Assembly: GCA_043785125.1 (NCBI GenBank)
Contig: JAYVXP010000212.1
Location: 923 to 64,922 of the forward strand
Reading direction: 5' to 3'
Length of the DNA stretch: 64,000 nucleotides
From: Bacteroidia bacterium
GTDB lineage: Bacteria; Bacteroidota; Bacteroidia; Cytophagales; Cyclobacteriaceae
How positions within the stretch are numbered: the stretch's first letter is position 1; each line of letters begins with the position of its first letter. The position numbers and the translations under genes were made by a program. Shown piece by piece: positions 55,711 to 64,000 of this stretch. The notes under the pieces were generated by a model that was not told the DNA's origin, searched no databases, and worked only from the letters and a program-made list of their open reading frames with translations.

Positions 55711-58269
55711 ATGGCAAATATGGAAGCAAAATTTTCTAACCGCGTGAAGGAAGTTATTTCTTTAAGTCGGGAAGAAGCCCTACGGTTAGGCCATGACTAC
55801 ATCGGCACAGAGCACCTCCTGCTCGGGATGATCCGGGAGGGCGAAGGTGTGGCCGTTGCCGTCTTGAAGAAACTCGGGGTACCGCTGGACGACCTTCGTG
55901 GTGAAATTGAAAAAGTTTCCAAAGGAACGGCAACACATGAAATCAAGAATCTGGCGAATATTCCATTGACCCGTGCTTCCGAGAAAGTACTTAAAATTAC
56001 GTATCTCGAAGCCAAAATATTTAAAGCGCAACTCATCGGCACAGAACACCTGTTGCTTTCTATTTTACGTGACCCCGACAATCTCGCAACTCAAATTCTA
56101 AACAAATTCGATGTGGCTTACGATGTGGTAAAAGAAATGCTCGAGTACCAGGACAAGACGCCCATGGCCTCGCAAGACACCGACGACCCGGATGAGGATT
56201 CGTCAAAAATGTTTGGTGGTGGTTCGGGGTCCGGACCTTCCGGCAAGGAGAAAAAAGGAAGTGCCGAAAAATCAAGGACACCTGTGCTGGATAATTTTGG
56301 ACGTGACCTGACCAAACTGGCGGAAGACAACAAACTGGACCCGATCGTTGGCCGCGAGAAAGAGATTGAACGCGTAGCTCAGATTCTGAGCCGCAGGAAG
56401 AAAAATAATCCAATTCTCATTGGAGAACCCGGTGTGGGAAAAACCGCTATTGCTGAAGGGCTGGCGCTCCGCATTATTCAGAAAAAAGTTTCTCGCGTGC
56501 TGTTTGGCAAGCGTGTGGTTACGCTGGATCTCGCTTCTTTGGTGGCCGGTACCAAATACCGCGGCCAGTTTGAAGAGCGCATGAAAGCAGTGATGAATGA
56601 GTTGGAGAAATCTCCGGATGTCATCCTTTTCATTGATGAATTGCATACCATCGTTGGCGCTGGCGGAGCTTCGGGCTCACTGGATGCTTCCAATATGTTT
56701 AAACCGGCACTGGCGCGCGGAGAGATTCAATGTATTGGAGCCACCACCCTGGATGAATACCGCCAGTACATTGAAAAAGACGGAGCCTTGGCCCGCCGGT
56801 TTCAAATGGTCTTGGTGGATTCGACATCGGTGGACGAAACCATTCAGATTCTGGACAACATCAAAGAAAAATACGAGGACCATCATCATGTTACATACAC
56901 CAAGGAAGCCATTGATGCCTGTGTAAAACTTTCTGACCGCTACATCAGCGATCGCTTTTTACCCGACAAGGCCATTGACGTATTGGATGAAGCCGGTGCA
57001 CGTGTGCACATCAATAACATTCACGTGCCCGATGACATCGTGAAATATGAAGACGCGATAGAAGAAGTAAAGAAAGAAAAGAACCGTGTCGTCAAGAGTC
57101 AGAAATATGAAGAGGCGGCCCAACTGCGGGATAAAGAAAAGAAATTGATTGAACAGCTTGATCTTGCGAAAGCGCGCTGGGAAGAAAAGACCCGCACTGA
57201 AAAATATACAGTGACGGAAGACAATGTGGCGGACGTGATTGGTATGATGACGGGTATTCCGGCCAACCGCATCGCGCAAAAAGAAAGCAATAAATTGCTG
57301 GGTATGGCCGACCAGCTCAGTGGCCGCGTGATCGGGCAAGTGGAGGCGATTGGCAAGTTGACCAAAGCCATTCAACGCACGCGCGTGGGATTGAAAGACC
57401 CCCGCAAACCAATAGGTTCATTTATTTTTCTGGGTCCTACCGGCGTTGGCAAAACCGAATTGGCGAAAGTATTGGCATCCTACCTTTTTGATAAGGACGA
57501 CGCCCTGGTGCGCATTGATATGAGCGAGTACATGGAAAAGTTTTCTGTATCGCGACTGGTGGGTGCACCTCCTGGATACGTAGGCTACGAAGAAGGAGGC
57601 CAGCTTACCGAAAAAGTAAGAAGAAAGCCGTACAGCGTCGTGTTGCTTGATGAAATTGAAAAAGCCCATCCGGATGTTTTCAATATCTTATTACAAGTGC
57701 TGGATGATGGGATTCTGACAGATGGTTTAGGACGGAGGGTAGACTTCCGCAACACGATCATCATCATGACCTCCAACATAGGAGTTCGTGATCTGAAGGA
57801 TTTTGGCAGCGGCATCGGTTTTGCAAGCAAGGCCAAACAACAGAACGATGAAGAGAATATGAAGAGTACGATTCAAAGTGCCCTCAAGCGTGCATTCTCT
57901 CCTGAATTCCTCAACAGGCTGGATGATGTGATTGTGTTCAATTCGCTTAAACGTGAAGACATTCATAAGATCATCGACTTGTCACTAGGCAAATTGTTTA
58001 CACGAATCGTGGCATTGGGTTACACAGTTGAGCTGAGTGATAAGGCGAAGGACTTCCTCGCAGAGAAAGGCTACGATCAGCAGTTTGGCGCCCGGCCGCT
58101 CAATCGTGCGATACAGAAATACCTGGAAGACCCGGTCGCGGAAGAAATTCTCAAAGGAGACGTCGAACAAGGCGGAACCATAACGGCCGACTACCTGGGT
58201 GAAGGTGATGTGCTGACGATCAAAACCAAAAAGGCAAAGGCATCTTCGAAAGAGAAAAAAGCCGAATAG
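55711..58269 (+). CDS. clpC: ATP-dependent Clp protease ATP-binding subunit (ClpC-type class I AAA+)
   Basis: Two Clp_N repeats ([16 protein letters not shown]). Walker A GEPGVGKT and [11 protein letters not shown]-like linker [13 protein letters not shown]. ClpB_D2-small domain. Confidence 0.93.
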   Translation: MANMEAKFSNRVKEVISLSREEALRLGHDYIGTEHLLLGMIREGEGVAVAVLKKLGVPLDDLRGEIEKVSKGTATHEIKNLANIPLTRASEKVLKITYLEAKIFKAQLIGTEHLLLSILRDPDNLATQILNKFDVAYDVVKEMLEYQDKTPMASQDTDDPDEDSSKMFGGGSGSGPSGKEKKGSAEKSRTPVLDNFGRDLTKLAEDNKLDPIVGREKEIERVAQILSRRKKNNPILIGEPGVGKTAIAEGLALRIIQKKVSRVLFGKRVVTLDLASLVAGTKYRGQFEERMKAVMNELEKSPDVILFIDELHTIVGAGGASGSLDASNMFKPALARGEIQCIGATTLDEYRQYIEKDGALARRFQMVLVDSTSVDETIQILDNIKEKYEDHHHVTYTKEAIDACVKLSDRYISDRFLPDKAIDVLDEAGARVHINNIHVPDDIVKYEDAIEEVKKEKNRVVKSQKYEEAAQLRDKEKKLIEQLDLAKARWEEKTRTEKYTVTEDNVADVIGMMTGIPANRIAQKESNKLLGMADQLSGRVIGQVEAIGKLTKAIQRTRVGLKDPRKPIGSFIFLGPTGVGKTELAKVLASYLFDKDDALVRIDMSEYMEKFSVSRLVGAPPGYVGYEEGGQLTEKVRRKPYSVVLLDEIEKAHPDVFNILLQVLDDGILTDGLGRRVDFRNTIIIMTSNIGVRDLKDFGSGIGFASKAKQQNDEENMKSTIQSALKRAFSPEFLNRLDDVIVFNSLKREDIHKIIDLSLGKLFTRIVALGYTVELSDKAKDFLAEKGYDQQFGARPLNRAIQKYLEDPVAEEILKGDVEQGGTITADYLGEGDVLTIKTKKAKASSKEKKAE

Positions 58270-58300
58270 GATTGGTGGATTTCAGGATTGTGGGATTAAT
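58267..58300 (+). repeat. GGATT periodic array between the convergent clpC and WG-repeat genes
   Basis: TAGGATTGGTGGATTTCAGGATTGTGGGATTAAT, four units at 8-nt spacing, overlapping both stop codons. Confidence 0.7.
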
Positions 58301-60422
58301 CAATGGGCAGGCTTTTCCACATTGATTTCTTCCAGGCGAGGTATTGATTTCTTTCTGGATCATAAACCAGTTTGTCATACATCATCGGCACAGTGCTCAG
58401 TCCCTGAAGTGTCAGCAATCCGAATTTTCCTTCACGCCCTGCAATAAGATAACCATTTTGCAAATTTTGCAGGTGATCAAACCGGGGTTCAATTAATACA
58501 TTTCCATTTTGATCGGCCAAACCGTATAGTCGGGCAGTCATAATTAGAAATGTCTGATCCGGCAAACGGCTGATCGAGTCATAACGTAACGCCAAAATTA
58601 CATTTCCCTCCTTATTGATTAAACCGGCCTTTCCGGTCCGATGTACGATGGCGATGGTGTTGACAAAAGGTTGAACCGATTCATAATTGGGGTTGATGAT
58701 GATTTGATCATGGATGGAAACATAGCCCCACTTTCCGATCAATTTTATGGGAGCAAGCCCTTCGTGAAATTCTCCGATATCGTCATACCGGTTTGCAACA
58801 CGCAATCGTCCACGGGAATCCACAAACCCATACTTTCCGTCTTTCTGGATGCCGCGCATTCCCTCACTCGCTGCAAAAGTTCTCTGAACGGGCAGGACGC
58901 TGGCAGTTTCTTCTTTGGGAATCATTTCCGACCCTTGATAGCTTATCTGTTTCTCAGCGCCGGTGGTAACCGTTTCTTTCAAATAGTCGCGTTCAGCTAT
59001 GATTGGATTTGAAGTAAAGTAGATTATTTCTCCCTTGAAGTTTTTTAGAAAGGTATTGCTGTCCCCTTTTTCAAGGAAAAGATTTTCATTTACCAGGGCA
59101 ACCCGTTGAGGCTGCGGTGGCAGAAGCCATTTTTCTTCTTTGTCAATAATACCAAACTGGCTCCGGAATTTTACGGCTACCTGGTCTGCCTTAAATTCCA
59201 GCAAGGAATCGAAAACGCAATTGATGAATTCTTCACCATACCGGTTCACGGCACCCCAATAGCCTCTTTTTTTGACAGGAAAAAATTTTCCGTTGTACGG
59301 ACCCAGGAATTCGTAATACGAACGTGTCTTTTGAATTCCGAATGTGTCGTACAATGACCAGGACATCTTGTGGTTAATAGATTGGGCAGCCCGAATGAAA
59401 TTTCTATCGAGGGCCAACGAATCGAATTCGATAGGAAGAATATTAGAATTGTTCTTTTTAATAATTCCGTAATGTTTTTGGGTGCCTACCACCCGGTTTC
59501 CATGGTCTGCATGGCCAACAAAATCGTAGCCAACGGGCAAGATGATTTTTAATTCGTTATCTGCTAACCCCGATTTGCCCGCCAGGGTTATGAGGTAAAC
59601 GCCCGGTTCCGATTTTTCCAAATGATCAGCCCGGACTTTTTGAATTTCATGGTTCTCGCCATCCAGAATTTTCCATTCATCAAAGTCACGTGCGGCGATT
59701 GCCCCCTCTTCATCAACTTTCAATTCACGATAACCGGGCTTGATTTTGATTTCACCTTCCCGGCCGATAAGACCTTGAGCAAAGTCCTGATAAATGATGG
59801 CCATGCCATGGTGAAAAGCGGAAATGCTGTCAATTTCAAAATTGGTGAGCTGGTTTCCTTGTTCTGAAAAAAGCGCGGTTTTCAACGCGCGGTTTTCAAC
59901 AGCATAGCGAAGTGTTCCAATCGGATAAATCTGACGGTAACGCAGCGGAATAATTCCCTTGTCGTACAGATCAATCAATCCATATTCAAACAAGGGTCCG
60001 TTCTTGATAAAGACAACAGCGCGTAGTCCGGAGATATTTATTCCATCATAGCGAAACGGCACTGTCATCTTGCCGGTCAGGTCAAGACAACCATACTTTA
60101 TCGTAAAAGGATTTGTTTTGCGGGAAGCAATAATCCGGTCGCCGCCCTGATAGGTGAGGCTTTCAAAATCGGCTTGCGTGATAAATTGTTTCTGAAGGTT
60201 GATAATTCCCCAGTGATCTTTCAATTTATAACCCGTCACCTGTCCAATCACTGAAAAATTTCCATCCGACCAGCCGAGGGCTTCAAAGGCGGCAGGAATC
60301 AAAACTTTCCCTTTTTCGTCCTTGAGTCCAACCTTCCCTTTTTCCTCAAAACGCACAAAGGGGTCAGCCATGGATTGAACAACAGCACAAAGTACAAACA
60401 GGACATGGACCCAAAAACGCAT
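58296..60422 (-). CDS. WG-repeat (KWG) protein, secreted
   Basis: 708 aa with a signal peptide. About 15+ repeats of the type G.(K/H)(W/Y)G(L/I/V)I(D/N)..G..(V/I)IP..Y. Confidence 0.8.
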   Translation of the reverse strand: MRFWVHVLFVLCAVVQSMADPFVRFEEKGKVGLKDEKGKVLIPAAFEALGWSDGNFSVIGQVTGYKLKDHWGIINLQKQFITQADFESLTYQGGDRIIASRKTNPFTIKYGCLDLTGKMTVPFRYDGINISGLRAVVFIKNGPLFEYGLIDLYDKGIIPLRYRQIYPIGTLRYAVENRALKTALFSEQGNQLTNFEIDSISAFHHGMAIIYQDFAQGLIGREGEIKIKPGYRELKVDEEGAIAARDFDEWKILDGENHEIQKVRADHLEKSEPGVYLITLAGKSGLADNELKIILPVGYDFVGHADHGNRVVGTQKHYGIIKKNNSNILPIEFDSLALDRNFIRAAQSINHKMSWSLYDTFGIQKTRSYYEFLGPYNGKFFPVKKRGYWGAVNRYGEEFINCVFDSLLEFKADQVAVKFRSQFGIIDKEEKWLLPPQPQRVALVNENLFLEKGDSNTFLKNFKGEIIYFTSNPIIAERDYLKETVTTGAEKQISYQGSEMIPKEETASVLPVQRTFAASEGMRGIQKDGKYGFVDSRGRLRVANRYDDIGEFHEGLAPIKLIGKWGYVSIHDQIIINPNYESVQPFVNTIAIVHRTGKAGLINKEGNVILALRYDSISRLPDQTFLIMTARLYGLADQNGNVLIEPRFDHLQNLQNGYLIAGREGKFGLLTLQGLSTVPMMYDKLVYDPERNQYLAWKKSMWKSLPID

Positions 60423-60625
60423 ACAACAAAGGTAAAGTCATTTCCGGGAAATGGCCATAGTCAATTCGTCCAAATGCAGATAACGCCAGGCTTAAGGCTG
60501 GGTTATGGAATCGGGAATTTTTATGAACTTTAATCCGTTTAAGGACTGATCGCCGAATGAAGCCGGTTTGGCAAGTAAAAATGCCTAAATTGGATGTTCA
60601 GACTTGTCCATTTTTTTATTGATTT

Positions 60626-62002
60626 ATGTACATCGAGCAACTCTATACAAATTGCCTGGCCGAAGCGGCCTATTACATTGAATCGGAGGGGGAAGCCGCC
60701 ATCATTGATCCTTTGCGTGAAACAGCACCCTATGTTGAGCTTGCGAAAAAACGTGAGGCAAAGATTAAGTACGTACTTGAAACCCATTTTCATGCGGATT
60801 TTGTTTCAGGTCATATTGATCTTGCCCGCAAAGTCAATGCTGAGATTGTCTTTGGTCCCAGGGCCAATACAGATTATATAGTACACAACGCCAAAGACGG
60901 CGAAGAATTAAAAGTGGGAAAAGTAAAATTCCGCGTGCTGCACACACCGGGACACACCCCGGAGTCATCCTGTTACTTGCTGCTCGATGAAAAGGGTAAG
61001 GAATATGCGATCTTCACAGGAGACACCTTGTTTGTCGGGGATGTTGGTCGACCGGACTTATTGGATGGTGTGATGACGCAGGAGGAGTTGGCGAGCATGT
61101 TGTATGATTCACTCAACAACAAGATCAAAACGCTTCCCGATGACGTTATCGTTTATCCGGCGCACGGTCCTGGTTCTGCTTGTGGAAAAAACATTGGAAA
61201 GGAAACACACTCCACCATCGGAGAACAAAAGCGATTTAATTACGCGCTCAAGCCGCTGAGTCGTGCAGATTTTATAAAGGAAGTGACGGAAGGTATCCTG
61301 CCGCCGCCGCCGTATTTTTTTGAAGATGCCCGGATCAATAAAATGGGATACAACCCAATTGATGAGGTGATTCGCGACAACAAACGTCCACTTTCCCTTT
61401 TGGAATTTAGAAAGATGATGAGTAGTGGGGCTTTAATTCTGGATACGCGCCAAACCGATGATTTTGAAATGGGCTTTATTCCAGGTTCACTCAACATAGG
61501 ACTGGATGGTCAGTATGCGGTGTGGGTAGGAACGCTGCTTGATATTAAAAAACCTTTGCTTTTGATTACTGACCCGGGCAAAGAAGAAGAATCGGTGCTG
61601 CGACTGGCCCGCATCGGATATGAAAATGTAGTTGGCTATTTGGCAGGTGGCATTGGTACCTGGAATGAGCCATTGGAAACCGTGACTTCGATCACGGCCG
61701 GTCAAATGAAATCTGAAGTGGATAAGGGCGTGGAGGTATTGGATGTGCGCAAGCCGGGTGAATGGAATGTCAGTCATTTAAAGAATGCGCAATTCTATCC
61801 CCTGGCGAATATGCCCCATAACCTGGAGTTACTGGATAAAAGCAAACCGTATGTGGTTCATTGCGGCGGGGGTTATCGTTCGATGATTGCCATATCACTG
61901 ATGAAGCAACACGGTTTTAAAAACCTGATCAATGTGTCGGGTGGCTTTGGGGCCATGCTCAATGCCGGACTCGAAATTGTATCGGAAGCCATGATTGCCT
62001 GA
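60626..62002 (+). CDS. MBL-fold hydrolase fused to two rhodanese domains (persulfide-dioxygenase/sulfurtransferase-like)
   Basis: THFHADFVSGH metal motif, HTPGHTPES, and a C-terminal rhodanese active loop HCGGGYRS. Confidence 0.85.
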   Translation: MYIEQLYTNCLAEAAYYIESEGEAAIIDPLRETAPYVELAKKREAKIKYVLETHFHADFVSGHIDLARKVNAEIVFGPRANTDYIVHNAKDGEELKVGKVKFRVLHTPGHTPESSCYLLLDEKGKEYAIFTGDTLFVGDVGRPDLLDGVMTQEELASMLYDSLNNKIKTLPDDVIVYPAHGPGSACGKNIGKETHSTIGEQKRFNYALKPLSRADFIKEVTEGILPPPPYFFEDARINKMGYNPIDEVIRDNKRPLSLLEFRKMMSSGALILDTRQTDDFEMGFIPGSLNIGLDGQYAVWVGTLLDIKKPLLLITDPGKEEESVLRLARIGYENVVGYLAGGIGTWNEPLETVTSITAGQMKSEVDKGVEVLDVRKPGEWNVSHLKNAQFYPLANMPHNLELLDKSKPYVVHCGGGYRSMIAISLMKQHGFKNLINVSGGFGAMLNAGLEIVSEAMIA

Positions 62003-62017
62003 TGGGCCAGGATCATT

Positions 62018-62629
62018 TCAGCCTTTCTCAATAAAATTCTGGTAATCCGATAACGTATCCAGATCGATTTCCCCGCCATCAAAACGCACCGTTTGTGTTA
62101 AGTCCTGAAAATGGCCAAGGATTTTTTTAGCTCCCTGACCGTCCTCCAACGCAAATAAATTTTGAAAAAGAGATTTGTCAAAAAGTGCCGGTACGCCGGT
62201 GGTATGGGAATAGTAAGATGCCACAATCTTGCTTTTAGATTTGCGGTATTGCTGGATTAGATTTTTCAAGTGTGCAGAGGTAAGCCGGGGTTGGTCACAA
62301 ACCATTACCATCACGGCTTCGGCATCGGGGGCCATTTTCAAAACATGACGCAACCCTCCTTTGATTGTATTGCCCATCCCTTTTTGCCAACCGGGATTGT
62401 GAACGATGGTCAGAGGTAAATCCTGAATAATATTTCTGTGGGCTTTTTCATTTGCCCCCAGCACGACTACTACATTTTCAACCCCTGAATCCAATGCAGC
62501 CATGGATGATCTCAACAAAAGTGGTTCTCCATTCACCCTCAGCAACTGCTTGGATTCCCCCATTCGGGAGGAGGATCCGGCAGCGAGAATTACAATGAAG
62601 ATCTTATGTCCGATATTTATTTGCTTCAT
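62018..62629 (-). CDS. MobA/MocA-like nucleotidyltransferase (NTP_transf_3)
   Basis: IVILAAGSSSRMGESKQLL N-terminal signature and MVCDQP. Confidence 0.75.
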   Translation of the reverse strand: MKQINIGHKIFIVILAAGSSSRMGESKQLLRVNGEPLLLRSSMAALDSGVENVVVVLGANEKAHRNIIQDLPLTIVHNPGWQKGMGNTIKGGLRHVLKMAPDAEAVMVMVCDQPRLTSAHLKNLIQQYRKSKSKIVASYYSHTTGVPALFDKSLFQNLFALEDGQGAKKILGHFQDLTQTVRFDGGEIDLDTLSDYQNFIEKG

Positions 62630-62700
62630 ACTTCCATGTTGTCAAAAATGTATTCCAAATTGGTTTTTGCCCACCAAGGCATTAAGGCAATAGCATTGCA

Positions 62701-64000
62701 TTAATTCGTTCTTAAGTTTCGTCGAGGTCCTTCATGCGAAAGTGAAAACGCCACATAAGTATCCCCGGATTTTGTTCCCAGCTTTCCGCCACCACACGCT
62801 ATGACTAAATATTGTTTGTTGTTTATTTGGTAGACTGCCGGCGTAGCATAGCCCGCCGCCGGTAAGGAATATTCCCAAAGGATACTGCCGTTATCTTTAT
62901 CAAAAGCCCTGATTTTTTCATCGCTCGTGGCAGCGATGAAAATGATTCCACCGGCCGTGACGACCGGCCCACCGTAATTAGCCGTGCCTGTGGGGGGGAA
63001 ATTCTGTTTCATCAGTTCTTCATACTCACCCAGCGCAACCTGCCAGGTTTTTATTCCCCGATTCAGATCAATGGCGGTCAGTGTTCCCCACGGAGGGGAG
63101 ACGGCAGGGTAACCTTCTTTGGTGAGGAATCGGGTGTAGCCCGTGTTCGAAAATAAAATGTCAGGATGGCGTTCGAAGATGCCTTTCTTTTCTTCTGCCG
63201 TTCTTTCTTCCAGGTCGAGGACATAGCGTGAAATAGCGTCAATATCGATATTACTTAAATGGGAAAAGGACGGCATCCCGCCTTTCCCTTTGGAGACAAA
63301 CGCTTTCAGGTTTTCCTTTGAATATTTTTTTTGAAGATGATCAATGGCCGGGTAGGTCTTGCCATCACCACGGCGGTCAAGTCCATGACACGTGGCGCAG
63401 TGGGTGCGATATAAACTAATGCCGGCCCAACTTTTTTCATTCATACGTACATCAACCATGGTAAGGAGACAGGGGACTTCATTTGCATTGACATAAAGCA
63501 TACCTGAATTGGGATCAAAAGTAGGACCGCCCCACTCTGCGCCGCCGTCAAAGCCCGGAAAAACAACCGTGCCCTCTTTGCTGGGGGGAATAAACGGTTC
63601 ACCCGATTTGTACCCTCTAAATTTTTCTTTCAATTCTTTTGCATCGAGCACCATGGGATTAATCATCGATTCCGTAAACACCTGCCGGGTGAAAGGTGGC
63701 GGTTTAACTGGGATAGGCTGTGTTTTCCAAGCTTCTTCTCCTTCCAGCGAGGAAGCGGGGACTGGAGTTTCTTTTATGGGGTAAAGTGGTTCGCCGGTTT
63801 CGCGATCGAAGAGATAAACATACCCGCTTTTGGTGACCTGGGCTACTGCATCCATTTTCTTTCCATTGTGATCCATGGTCACCAGCACCGGCGCGGCTGG
63901 AAGATCGCGGTCCCATAAGTCGTGATGAATGATTTGAAAATGCCATTTCCGTTTTCCCGTCAGGGCGTCCAGTGCCAACACGCAGTTGGCAAAGAGATTT
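62701..64000 (-). CDS. PQQ-type beta-propeller dehydrogenase with an embedded c-type cytochrome domain (N-terminus outside the window)
   Basis: The frame stays open to the window edge (..NLFANCVLALDALTGKRKWHFQIIHHDLWDRD). Heme motif CATCH. Terminal propeller blades (AFDKDNGSILWEY). Confidence 0.8.
   Translation of the reverse strand, partial: NLFANCVLALDALTGKRKWHFQIIHHDLWDRDLPAAPVLVTMDHNGKKMDAVAQVTKSGYVYLFDRETGEPLYPIKETPVPASSLEGEEAWKTQPIPVKPPPFTRQVFTESMINPMVLDAKELKEKFRGYKSGEPFIPPSKEGTVVFPGFDGGAEWGGPTFDPNSGMLYVNANEVPCLLTMVDVRMNEKSWAGISLYRTHCATCHGLDRRGDGKTYPAIDHLQKKYSKENLKAFVSKGKGGMPSFSHLSNIDIDAISRYVLDLEERTAEEKKGIFERHPDILFSNTGYTRFLTKEGYPAVSPPWGTLTAIDLNRGIKTWQVALGEYEELMKQNFPPTGTANYGGPVVTAGGIIFIAATSDEKIRAFDKDNGSILWEYSLPAAGYATPAVYQINNKQYLVIACGGGKLGTKSGDTYVAFSLSHEGPRRNLRTN

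Noticed and set aside
55754-58170. Many 60-138-aa antisense or off-frame ORFs inside clpC
   Set aside because: They all lie within a full-length, strongly conserved AAA+ gene and have Arg/Ser/Pro-rich compositions typical of antisense frames.

Overview
This is a dense 64-kb chromosomal segment of a Bacteroidota-type genome. Supporting signs are the DUF4270, DUF5686, WbqC and WG-repeat families, CarboxypepD_reg-TonB receptors, a TAnnTTTG-like -7 box, and frequent 1-4 nt start/stop overlaps. About 58 protein genes are supported, mostly housekeeping: ECF sigma/anti-sigma-gmk-nadD, selU-selD, lgt, frr, pyrH, purN, hmgA, rocD, ribD, prmC, mltG, tsaC and clpC. I found no rRNA, tRNA, CRISPR array, transposase, integrase or phage gene. 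Four things stand out. (1) A stand-alone 945-aa TIR-NB-ARC-TPR STAND NTPase (42909-45746, minus strand) lies between long non-coding spacers in a patch of accessory-looking genes. It is my best candidate for an uncharacterised single-gene immune or abortive-infection sensor. (2) A tight co-directional six-gene operon (27948-33846, minus strand) encodes up to three different ATP-dependent amide-bond ligases: a RimK-like ATP-grasp, a GCS2/YbdK carboxylate-amine ligase and a cryptic ATP-grasp-like ORF. It also encodes a class-I glutamine amidotransferase-like protein and two alpha/beta hydrolases, with a third esterase plus a HAD hydrolase transcribed divergently. This looks like an orphan peptide or amide-metabolite system. 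(3) A TPP riboswitch (about 10854-10941) precedes a TonB-dependent receptor and is hidden under an over-extended antisense ORF call. (4) A family of short periodic GGATT/AATCC tandem arrays (8-9 nt period, sometimes with a 21-22 nt super-period) is confined to intergenic DNA. Start codons were re-evaluated where the ORF track over-extends. All functional calls come from motif recognition by eye, not from database searches.
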